Shown here piece by piece: positions 35,294-46,921 of a stretch of 64,000 bases of DNA (the stretch's first letter is position 1; every line of letters starts with the position of its first letter). Made by a program: the position numbers and the translations under genes. Source of the stretch: Guillardia theta CCMP2712 (lineage: Eukaryota; Protista; Cryptophyta); NCBI RefSeq assembly GCF_000315625.1, contig NW_005434532.1:99517-163516 (forward strand), in the 5' to 3' direction. Below the pieces are notes generated by a model. The model did no database searches, had not been told where the DNA came from, and saw nothing but the letters and a program-made list of their open reading frames with translations.

Positions 35294-36626
35294 TTACTGT
35301 TGGAGCAGACGTTGCATGAAATCATCTGGAACTGCGAAGCCCTAAGGCAGCGAGGTCAGCAGCGGGGCGAGGAAGGGAAGGCAGCACCTGTTGTCTTGCT
35401 TCCATCAACCGCTCGATCATCGTCGCTCGCGCTTGCAACAGATCAGCCTTGGCTTTCGTCTCCTCCGCTGCCTGCAAATTTCGTTCAGCCCTCCACCTCC
35501 CCTCTGAGCTCCAAGCCTACAGCTCGCTTCTCTTCCGCCACAAGTTTGCGCTCTGCCATCGCTCTTGCTTCCTGCTGGGAGTCAGGGGGAAACCTGCCAG
35601 GCCGGCAGCTCTGCTCATCACCTCTCGGTCGAAGATGGAAGGAGGAAACGAGAGCGCGTCGTCCACCACTGGTCTCTTGGATCCACAAGGCGTCAACGGT
35701 GTCTGAAACACCTGCAGCTGTGTCATCATTTCTCGCCCCCCCTTGTCCTCCTGCACCTGGCGCATGGCGTCTTGACTCCGCTGACGCTGCTCTTCCCTAC
35801 TCGGCCGTCCTCTAGCCGGCTCCTAACGGTGATACGTGAGGGGAAGCAGGAGAGACGAAGCTGCTTACGTGGCTCTGATGGTAGGCCTCCAACGCAACAC
35901 ACCTCCTCCATAGGCTGAAAAGAGGATCAAGACAGATAGAGCAAACGAGGATGTTGGACCCGTCCATCTCAGTCTCAGCAGGAGCCGGTTCTCCTGCCTC
36001 CATTCTCCGTCTCGACTCTTCCTATCCGCATGTGACCAACAGACAATGAGCGAGTCTGATTCAACCTTCCAGGCCTTGAGCCCTTCGTTAAACTTCTCCT
36101 TCGCTGTCCCGATCTGAATGCCGTACATCAAGAAACTGCAGTTTGCACACAGCGAAACCTTGAGAGCTCCTTTGCCGTGAATCTGAAAGATTTCCTGCTG
36201 GTTGAGACTTTCAACGAGGTCTGTCCATGCTTTCCCCTTGCCATCATGTCAGTGAACAAGTCAACCCCACCAGTCCAAGTCACTTGTTGGCCATGCTCGA
36301 ATACTCTGCCATCGTGCGCTACTGCTCTCAAGATCTCCAGGAGCCTGAGAAGAGAAACAAGGGAGTCAGGGAAGGTCACAAGAACATGGTCGTGCTGTAC
36401 ACCTTCTCCGCCCTATCTCTCTTTCAAATCGCTGATCGAACTATCAGTCTACTGACACAGGCAACTCCACCCCCTCACCAGTCGCGGTTCAACCAGCTTC
36501 CCCCCAGGAGCATCCTGTCAATGACTTCAGCAAGACTTTAACACAAGCGTCCAATGTTCTTCTCACCATGGATCCCTGCACGTACGCTGGTTGCGACGGG
36601 CTCTGAACATACGTAGCTTGCTGCAT
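35294..36626 (-). CDS. Myb/SANT-like domain protein with coiled-coil tail, related to the gene at 31358
   Basis: Spliced VFEHGQQHDGKGKAWTDLVESLNQQEIFQIHGKGALK..TAKEKFNEGLKAWK; ends DDFMQRLLQQ*. Confidence 0.55.
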
Positions 36627-36917
36627 GGAAGCAGATAGTTCGAAACTTCCAGTAGTATGAGGGCGATGAGTGAAAGGCCGGCAAAACCCCTTTTCAAACA
36701 ATTAAATACAAATCGGCGGATTTCATTGCTGTGCGCGAAAATGCAAGGACGGGGAGATAGGAGGTGGGCGCGGCAGGAGAGAGGGAGGGAGGAGATCATG
36801 TGAGATGATACTGTCGATGAGAGAAACACTGAGCACGAGATGATCTGAAGTCTGACAAGGAGCCAGAGACATGCAGTCTGAAGAAGGTGACCTCGTTTGC
36901 TTCGACTGCAGCAACTG

Positions 36918-39900
36918 ATGTTTGCCTTGAAAGGATCAGGTAGCACGCGAACCATTGGTGAAGCTCAGCTACTGTTCTGGGTTCAGGTTCGAAGACTTAC
37001 GACAACTCGTAGCAAGTGACTCTCTTGCAGCGAATGATGGACTTGAAAGAGGAGCCTAGCGTCGACATGTTTCGAGACGGCTCTATGTTTCTCAGCATTC
37101 TACGTCGCATGCTGGGCGAAGACGTTGGTATGCGATGCCTCCTATCCCGTACCGATTGTTTACTGCAGGACAACATCATTCGCGCGCTTGAGGCAGGGGT
37201 CAGCTCTCCTGCCCGCACGCAAGAGCAGGTTCTGCAAAATCTGCTAATGATAGAGGCGATGCTGCGAGAGGAGATAGGACACGTCGATCAAGTCGAGGTG
37301 ATGGAAGTCTATCAAGGAAGACGAGAAGCGATCGCCACTATCCTTCTTGCACTCTACCAGCTTTACTGCAAGAGATGCACCACTGAAGTGAAACGCGTTC
37401 GCGTGCGATCAAGAAAAGGTATCAAGCCGCATGATACCAGTATTAGCCGACAGGCGGAGCCGGCATGGGACGAGGCGGCAGAAGGGAGTGCACTGAGCTT
37501 ACCGGCGAGTTTCGCATCCTCCCTTGGCTCTGACCAGACGCCTGCTAAGATTCTTGCTCATGCTCGCTGGTCGACGTCATGGCTTGCTGCATGCTCGCCA
37601 AAGTTTCAGAGGTCGTTTGTGATCGCGCGTGTTGCTCTGACTTGCCTCTTCTCAGGTCCTTATGTCCTCCTTCCATCATGACCCTGTGGGATCACGTGAA
37701 AGATGATGTTCACCGCGATCACTTCAACTTGCAGAGCATGCAGGGCAGTGACTTGCAAGCTGTGTGGGGGGAGGGCCGCTGGTTCTCCCGAGCCTGCATG
37801 TCGGCAGCTCTATACGCCGTCTTGCTTCACTCGCTCGGGGAAGATGTTGATGTCAGTGAGGCTGAAGATCGAGGAAAGCTGAGGCTCGTGGTCAACCACT
37901 TGCAGGCTTGCGGTGTCAAGGTTCGACTGCTCGTTTGCTCACTTGAGCGATTCCGCTAGCCTGACTGCCGGCCCCAGGTGAAGCTGGTCGCGCACGCCGA
38001 CGTTGAGGAAGAAGAAGTATACAAGTCTGCGGGGGCTCATGCGGCGATCCTGGACGGAGTCGCGATGATTTTCATCCGATCGTTCCTGTCAGTCGAGCAG
38101 ATCCACCAGCAAACGGTTTCACTGTGGAAGAATTTCACAGAGAACCACCCGCAGGAGGCGAGCAGGAGTGAATTTCGAGCTGAGAAACCTTTGGACCTTG
38201 AAGACGCGCTTGCCATGTGGATGTCTTGTGAATTGCAACTCTGCAGACATTCAAACCTCCCGGTAGTCCGCCAGCTGTTCGACCAGCTGTTCAACTCCAA
38301 CACTTCGAGCACCGTTGAGGAGCTTCAGATGGACATCAGCGACGGCAAAGCTCTTCTTCTTGTCTTGTCGTCTCATGCTCCTGACCTGGTCACGTCGGCA
38401 TTACCTTCTGACATGCTCGCAAGAGGTGAAGAGGAGGGAGGAGGAGCTGCCGGGCGGTCGACAAGGACCAAGTCTCTTCTTGTCCTTGCCTCCCTCAAGG
38501 TCTGTGCGAAGCTGCAGCTTCTGTCTAGCAGCGTCTTTGATAATGTGAACACGCATGCTCCTCCTCACCTGCATGTTCTCCTGCAAGCGCCAGACCTTGT
38601 GTTCGTCTCCTCCGCCATGAAGCCGCTGGTTCTTCTTTTCCTTTCGCTCCTCCATGTGAAGCTCTCGGGAAATCGACAGGCGGAGGGGAAGAATGAGTCA
38701 GCAGCAGGGCCCTCAGACAGCGGCAGAAAGACGCAAGATGAGCTTCTGCTAGGAAGCACTATCGGGGGATCGAACTTGGTCTTGCAGCCCCTGCAGATGT
38801 CAAACTCGTTGCGAACGCCGCACAAGCAGTTGACGTCTGCGATTGAGAGTGTCAGCAACAGCTCTCAGAGTCAGAGCTCTCCTGCCAGCCTGCGAGGCGC
38901 GGGAGGTAGCGGATCTTCTCCCTCCTCCCAGCAGAGGACCAGCAGCGGGTTGTCGGAAGTTCTCATTATCCAGAGCCCGACGCAGAGCGAGCAATCGGAG
39001 CCCTCAGCCTCTCCCAGCTACCTTGACGAGTCATCCTCCTCCCCTTTGCCCGCTCCCACCTGGCGCACGTCATCTCCCTATCTGCTCGCTGGTGGAGAGC
39101 AGCAGGAGAAGTCAAGCGGCGCTCTCGATCAATCGGGAGGAAGCTCGAGAGCTGGAGGAGTTGCTCCGGTTGAGCTGGAGGAGCAGCTTAAACAGCAGCA
39201 GGACGAGAATGTGAACGTCAGGAATCAACAGAAAGAAGAGGAGGAACAGGAGCGGGGACAGGAACAGGAACAGGAGGAGTCTGGAAATGGGCAGGAGAAT
39301 GCAAAAGAGGAGGAGGAGGAGGAGGAGGAGGAGGAGGATCAACAGGATGGGGAAGAAAGGTTGGAAGAAGCGAAGCTGATTGCCAGAAGAGAGACTTGGT
39401 CGCCTCGACTTGATCTCAGCAGAAAATCAGACGGGGGGGAGCAAGTGGTGCAAATGAGAGCCAGCGAGGAAGGAGGACACGAGGAGCCTGAAATAATGCG
39501 ACAAAGTTGGAAGATCGAGGAGTTTTCAAATGAGCAATGTGATGACACAGAGAAAGAGTTGCCGTCACTGTCTACTTCCCTCAGCTCATCGTTCAAAAGT
39601 TCGAGATTGGCGTCTCAAGACTCGAGCTCTGACGTGCGAGACCTGATGCGTGCACAAACGTTCAACCAACACAAGACTGACGGAGGTCAAGATGAAAGTA
39701 GAAACCATGACGACGATCGTGATTTTGACAACAAACATTATGATGGTGGTGATGAAAATGTTTCTTTGGTTCGAGATGGTGGAGATTCGACAATTGACAA
39801 GCAAAGAGATACGACGAATGTGTTGGATGATAATTACCTTTATGTCCAAGAAGACAGCATACGACAAGACGAGGAGACCTCAAAGGGTCTCCGTACCAGC

Positions 39901-40885
39901 AGAATCGGTGGAGAGGAGGATGTTGCAGATGAAGGACAGGAAGAAAGCAACATTAGAAGTGACATGAAGGAGACTCTTGAGACTTCAGGGCCTACAGTAC
40001 AGGATGAAGCAGCTGATTTGACGCCACCGAGCCGTCATCCTCCTAGGGAGCAACACGCATATGACGATAGCGCGAGGATCTCAGGGAGCCTGGAAGGCAA
40101 GGTTTGTTCCGTTGCTTTTGACGATGATCGGCGACATGGTGAGAAGCATGTGTGTGTCTCATCAGAACAAGAGGAGGAGGAGATGGATCAAGCTCAAGAT
40201 AACGAGAATGATGTTGATACACTTGGCAACGTCCCTACCACGTTCGAAGCTGTGCAGGAAATCCAGACAATACAAGATGAAGATGAAAAGAAGAAAGTTT
40301 CTGCACTTTCGAGAGAGCTAGTCGTAGCTGATGACCTTCAAGGGCTTGATGGTGAAGGCAAAGAGACAAGTCAAGTTGACTCTTGTGCGGACATATCAGC
40401 GGATGTTCATCAGGAAGGGAAGGACGAGGGCAACGACTCGCTGCTGTCGGTTTGGAATTCGCAGGGCAACATCTTGAAGGACCTTCAGCTCACTCGACTG
40501 TCCCTGCGCTTGTCCGAGGCTCCTCGCGATGTTCCGCGGACTTTCGAGGATGTAAGAGAAGAAGGCGAAGTAGAATCGAGCGAGTCACCTGCCGTCCTGC
40601 CGCCTTCCGACACTCTTGCGACCATGGACGGAGAGGAAGGAGGATCATACAGCGATGAAGGACAGGAGCAAGATGAAGCGCTTGTAAATGAGGAGGAGGT
40701 AGACGACGGTGATCAAGGCCGTAAGGAGAGCGCTGGAAAAATTGCGGAGGAACAAGTTACGACGAAGGCGGAAGAAGAAGATGAGGAGGAAGAATTGAAC
40801 TATCAAGGCCTTGATACAGAAGTGCAAGAAATGGTCAAGGAGGAGGAGAATGAGGAGGAGGAGGAGGAGGAGGAGGAGCAGGAGG

Positions 40886-40917
<32 letters not shown>

Positions 40918-41814
40918 CAGCAGCTTGAAGTGCCTGTGGAGCTATTCGACGAGGGCAAAGGAGGGAATGGAGAGGAAATGGACGAGGGTGACAGATTGCT
41001 TCATCAGGGTACTCCTAGGGAAGAGAGAGATTCCGTGACAGAGGAAGAGGAGGAGGCGGAGGAGGTGGCAGCGGTGGCGGGGAGGAGGAAGAGGAAGAGG
41101 CAATGGTGAATGAGGAGGAGGCGGGGAGAGGAAAGGAGGAGGAGGAGGAGGAGGAGGAGGAGGAGGAGGAGGAGGAGGAGAGGGAAAAGGAGTATGATGC
41201 ACGTGATTGTTCCTCTGCGCATGAAGCCTCGTTGACCTCAGGAAGGGATGATAAGGTCGAGTTGCTCCTTCTACCTCAGTCTCCTCACTTGTTGTCTGCA
41301 GTCGCAAGTCAGGGAGATGGAGATTGAAAGTCATTCTCGTAGAGACCTGACGACGGAGGACTGGCAAGCAAGTCTTCACGTCGAGGAGGGGGAGGACGAG
41401 GAGGAGGAGATAGTGAAGAAGGAGGACACGGAGGAAGAAATGGAGGAGCAGGAGGAGCAGGAGGAGGATAGGCAGCGAGTGCTCTCCTCGTATGGACGGC
41501 TTGCTACGGATGTGTCAGGAGGTGCCGGCATGGAGCAGAAGCATCGAGCTGAGGAGGGAGATGCGATGCTGAGCAAGCAAGGAAACGCTCCTCAGACCCC
41601 AGAGATCAAGAAGCGACATGTTGGCGCAGTCAGGGAGACCAAGAGGCAGCAAGAGTCTTGGATCGGCGAGTGTCAGCTAGTTATGTGATAGGATTGTGAT
41701 TTTTCGGTTGACAGGAGCTGGAGCAGATCGGAACGATACTGTCGCTCGTCCATCCACCGCTCCCGGGAAAGTTTCTTCAGCACACAATGGGGCAGAACAG
41801 GTAAAACTTGCCAG

Positions 41815-41885
<71 letters not shown>

Positions 41886-44781
41886 TCTTTTCTTCTTGTT
41901 TTTTCGTGCTCAAGCTGAAATCTCGCATCAGGGATCTGTGCTTCCTGGAGGAAAAGATCAAAGGAAGCTGAGACTTGAGCTACAGCAGGAAAGAGTTTTC
42001 TTGATTTTTCTTGAATACCATCCCTCTCTGTCCTTCGAGCTCTCTTCGCCTGATGCCGTCAGTGTCTCACTTTGCTGAAAGCTGAGATTCGATTGCTTTT
42101 GCATATAGAGTGATCAAAGCACATGATGTTGTTGTTTTCCTTGTGATCTTTGAATGTTGTTGTCCTGGTGTTGGATTCTGTAAACCCTTATCTTGATTTC
42201 TCCTCGAGTCTGTTCCATCAGTTTGTGAAATCTTTCTGTCAGGCGCAAAGAGACATCGAGAGATCTCGAGCTGCAGCTGAAAAGGTTTCTGTCCCCAGCT
42301 GACTTCCAGTTGCTGAACCCTGTCTCAGGAGCGAGCAGAGCTGCGCAAGAGGATAGGACGAGAAGCCTTCCAGCTCCTGCTGGGCATGCAAGAGGAGGCC
42401 GGCCAAGATGTGCGGGAGGCGCAGCAGGAGAGTCGCTGCCTTGATGATGAGCGAGAGTGCGAGGAGATGGAGGCAGGGGAGGAGGAGAAGGCAGGGGAGG
42501 AGGAGAGAAGAGGTCAACTGATCCCGATGTTATCATCCGAAGCTGGAGATGACGACAGAGCACGGAGCGTACGACAGGAGCGTGAGATGATAGAGGAGGA
42601 GGAGGAGGAGGAGGAGGAGGAGGAGGAGGAGGAAAAGGAGCATGAGAAGGGTTTGGATAAGGGGATGCATGCTGCCAGAACAACAACCAGATTCGAAAGA
42701 CACGAAGAAAACATCAGTGAACGCTCTCCTCCAAGCTTGCTGCAAGTATGTTTCTAGATGTTTCTTGAATAACTTTGTCATTACGATGTACATGTTCTGT
42801 TGATTAATTGATTTTATGATTTCTTACAGGAATCGTCCCAGATGCATTCGTCACATCAAAGCGAAGTCAGTGAAAGAATGTCGCCTTCCAGAACTTCGCG
42901 AGTAGCTTTGATCACTTGCTTTGTGTTTGCAAACTCAACTACATGTCAGAACCGTATCGATCATGACGTCACTGCAGCTTCTGGTGATTGTCAAAACGTC
43001 TTCTTTCTTTTCCTGCTTATCCTTGCTCAGATCGTTTCCTGTCGCTGAGCTCCATCCGTGAAGAGCGTGAAGGACACAGGGAGGATGAGCTTGTGTCGGA
43101 GGAGAGAGGAGGAGCAGGTGAAGGGAGGGAGTCCAGCCGGCCCGCTGCTCATGGCGCCTCAGGCTCGCGTCAGTTGTCGGAAAGGTCGAGCTCCAAGTAG
43201 GAGGAGCCGCATGAGTCTCGCACTGACAGAAGCTCGCGCAGGAAACAAGCTTGGTCGCAAGAGATTCTCCTCCCTCCCCAACCTCGAGATCAGGATGAAA
43301 TCGACAAGTCAAGGTCCTGGAGGATGCAGCTCAAAAGCATTCTTTCCTCCTCCTCCTCTCCGTGTGCTCCTACAGACGCCTCCATCGGCTCTGCAGCCCT
43401 GCCACGTGCTCCCAATGTTACGGAGCCGTTGATGGGGTCAGAAGCGAAACAGAGCAGGCGAGCATGATGATGTCCGAGCAAGGCTATTTCTTGCAGGGCG
43501 CAGGAGCCTTCGAGATCTGAGCGAGGGGAGGAGGAGGCGACTGAGAGCGATAGCGTGGAGGAACGCAGGCTGCAGAAGTTCCTTGCGCTGAGGAGGAGGA
43601 GGGAGGAGGACGCGCAGATGAGAAAGCAGAGCTCGATGACCAACAGCTCGGGCCCGTCGGTGAGCAAGAGGACCGTGACTCCAGCAGGAGCCTCCGCCAG
43701 CAGGTCTGTCGGTGAAGTTGGGGTGCAGTTGGCGAGGTGAAGGAAATGTTGGCAGGCATTCAAACAAGAAGATCATTCGCAATGCCATCGCTCATGTCTG
43801 TCTCGTCGCGGTTCGCTTCCACTCCCTCTCTCTTGGTCTCCTTTGAAGCTCTACCTATGTTCTATCTCCTTGACACTTTCCTCGCTCTCAACCCTTCCCC
43901 TCCTCCTCCTCCCTCTCAACCCTTTCCCCCTTCCTCGATCTGAGACCTGCTCTCCTCGCGGTCTCAATGTCTCCTCGATCCTCTGCTCGCTGGTTCAAAG
44001 GTCTGACTCGATCGCAGGTCGTGGAGCACAAGAAGCGCGATGCTGTCCTCGGCCTGCTGGACTCCTGTGGCAGCGAGACCGCAAACTTCTGCATCCTCCT
44101 CGTGCGAGACCCAAATCTCCGATACAGGTTGAGATAACATGTGATGATGAGAGGCAGAGGCAGAGGCAGATGGAGTGTGAGGACGAGGAAAGGGTTTCAA
44201 AGTGATCGTTCTCTTGATAGAGGTCTCTATTCCGTCGATCTTGTGGAGAGCCGAGCACAGCTTTTGAGTGGGACAGGTCCCAAGGTAAAACTCTGAGGGT
44301 AGAGGAGTTGAAGGGGTGCAAGGGAGGGCGGGGGGAGCAGAAGGGGAGCAGGAGGGGGAGCAGAAGGGGGGATTGGGGGAGGGGGAGAAGAAGGGAGAGG
44401 AGGAGGGGGAGGAAGGAGTGGAGGTGTTGTGGACTAAGTTGCATGGCAAGTTCGTTACAGTCGACATGATACGCGAGTTCCTCAAGTACGACTCAGGTGA
44501 GGGGATGTGAAGGCGAAGAAAGCATGAAAGTAGACTAGAGAAAACAGAGGTCATGGTGAACGAGGCAGAGAGGGAGGGAGGGAGGGAGGGAGGGAGGGAG
44601 GGAGGGAGGGAGGGAGGGAGGGAGGGAGGGAGGGGAACTTAAGTTGGAGGGTCAGATGAGGAAGGAGTGAAGCTGTGCTGCAGGTACCAAATCGTTCCGG
44701 GTGCTGGAGACGAGAGACTTCAGCTCGTCTGTAGATGGAGTAGTTTTACATCCGATGACTTACAAATCAGTTAAGATATAA
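36918..44781 (+). CDS. CAMSAP: CAMSAP/Patronin-like microtubule minus-end protein (CH domain, long acidic linker, CKK domain)
   Basis: CH: LEDALAMWM...VEELQMDISDGKALLLVLSSHAP. CKK from exons at 43.75-44.78 kb: SNKKIIRNAIAHVCL, NFCILLVRDPNLRYRGLYS, GTGPK, MIREFLKYDSG, TKSF. Start uncertain. Confidence 0.85.
41815..41885 (+). repeat. (CTGCTC)n microsatellite, intronic
   Basis: Visible. Confidence 0.95.
44569..44632 (+). repeat. (GAGG)n microsatellite, intronic
   Basis: Visible. Confidence 0.95.
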
Positions 44782-44842
44782 GGTTTTAGTTTAGCAGGAA
44801 GGAAACGGAGAGGCATCGCTGGCTACAACTCTACCTCTTTTA

Positions 44843-46107
44843 TCAATCTCCATGTATAGCTTTCAGAATTTGTCTTGTGAATACTGCTGGGTCGGCATGA
44901 TGAATGATGCTCCTGGTCAGCTCGTCACATATCAAACAGCACAGCAATCATGCCCGCTCACCTTCCATACACAAGACCTGCGGCACCCATCTCAATGAAC
45001 TTGCGCGCGTCTTCGATCATGCCTTCTTCATCTCCCTTGTCGCTTCCTCGCAGCAGAACCTGCGAGGGCTGGCACACGTGCAAGATAGTCTTGACGTCCT
45101 GGATGTTGACAGGAGGGTCGCATTTGAGGATGTCGCCTCCTAGCTCGCAAGCCAGCCTTGCTAGCGGCGCTGTGATGCTCATATCTGTCTCCAGCACAAA
45201 GGAATCCTTGTTCTCATTCCACTTCACCGCCAGCACCTCGACGATGAGCGGCATGTTCCATTTCGTGCAGGAGTTGCGCAGCGTGCAAACGTTCCGGACC
45301 GTCTGCTTGTGAATCTCGACGGCACCAGGCGCGTCCTCGGGGAGCTTGAGGAGAGTGCAGATGACGCCTGCTGCATCCAGCCGGATCGCCTCCTCAATGA
45401 TGTTCTCGTTCTGCAGCTCGCAGAAGGGCAGGCAAGGGAACTTTGCGGTGTACACGTTCGAGACATCACAGCGCAGGATCAGCGCAGGCACAGGACATCC
45501 TGCAGCCTGCGAGGCTGTGAGGAGGAGATGTGCTTGGCCAGGAGAGAGCTGAATGGAGTTGGGATGCAGCTGAACAAGAATTTTTAGCACGTCAGACATT
45601 GACCTGCAATGACAGTCAGGAACGAACAGGCAAGAAGTTTACTCACTCGATGCCAGCAAGGAAGCGGCCATCATTGAAAATTCCATGATCCACTGCTATG
45701 TTGAGCATGCGTCCATCCCTCGTGTTGAACAGCCGCTTGGCGCGAGCAGAGCGGTCAAATATGTGCAAGGAACGAACATGTGTGGGAGCTGTAGAAGGAT
45801 CGGATAGCACTTTTGTAGCTTGGTTGAGCTTGGCAATCCTGTTACGAACTGATCGCTCGTCTCTGATCGGCTTTCCCGTCATTGTACACCATCTCTCGTA
45901 CAAGTCTACCACCGTCTTCCATGCCCGAGCCGTCTGGGGCTTGATCTGTGAGAAAATCTTGGCAAGTTCTACATCCTCTTCATCCTGGTAGTTAGGGACC
46001 CCTCGCTTCCTTCCTCCTGACGCCTTTCTCTCTCCCTTGTCCTGCATCTTGTCGCCCTGCCCGTCTCCATCGTCCATCTTCCTTTCACTGTCTTCCATCT
46101 CTGCCAT
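44843..46107 (-). CDS. Fusion of Myb-like (DUF6818-type) domain and DhnA/LsrF-family class I aldolase; exons 46107-45647, 45603-44962, 44912-44843
   Basis: GRKRGVPNYQDEED...AWKTVVDLYERW...RDERSVRNRIAKL, then RLFN..G..LNIAVDHG, EEAIRLDA, MPLIVE, ELGGDILKCDP, GAAGLVYGRSIIHH. Confidence 0.9.
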
Positions 46108-46295
46108 GCTGAGGAATGAGAAGGTAGGGTTGGGTAACGGTTGACACAGGGGAAGGGGGGTGAAGGGTGGCACAAGTCCTAGTTCCAGCTATAAGCTTGA
46201 GAGCCAAGGGTCCCTCCACCCCCCCTCCTTCCCAATTGATGTTCAAACAGAGACGTAACGGTCAAACCAAGGACCTCATCCCCATACTCGGATAG

Positions 46296-46770
46296 ACTCG
46301 GCGGCGGCAGCGGCCGCCCGGCGGCGGGCAGCGGCCCGGGCCGGGGCTCAGCTCGCTCGGAGGCCCGGCTTTGATGAGGCCGCCGCGGCCCGGCGCCGCC
46401 ACTGTGGGGACCGTACTGTAATGAGACAGAATGTTTCTGAGCCTCGGAGTCTCGCGGCGGCGGGGGGGGGCTCAGCCGCGACAGTGTTGGGGCTGCGACA
46501 AGCGGCAATCCGATCATTCGGAGGCGGACTACGCTGAAAGTTCACTGCAGACGGCCCCGGGTACCGACGGTCGCTCGGATTCCCGCTGGAGTCCCCGGAG
46601 CAGTGGTGGACCAGTGAATGGCACGGCTCGGAGCCTCCGCTCACTGCCGCGTTGTGCCAGTAACTTCAAGTCACACGACTCGTCTGATCCGACTCGGACT
46701 CCCGGACTCCGGAACGCCGGTCGGCCCCCCGGGGTTTGCCGTTCTAGTGGGGGTGGGGTGGCCTGAGGTT
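46296..46770. promoter_or_regulatory. CCGG-rich island between divergent genes
   Basis: Composition and position. Confidence 0.55.
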
Positions 46771-46921
46771 TGCTGCTCAAGGTTCTAACTTTTTAAACCA
46801 GCCCAGGCTAAAGTTTCAATTTTAGTAGCGTAGGGTCATGGCAGTTGATACCGTCAGAAGGGGGTGGGGTCTATTCGGTCAAGCTAAATTCTTTTGCGCT
46901 GGGCTTAGTCAAGTCCGCGGT

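Noticed and set aside
35915-35960. RING-finger-like CSICLDP
   Set aside because: Falls inside a probable in-frame GT-AG intron, and the remaining RING ligands are absent
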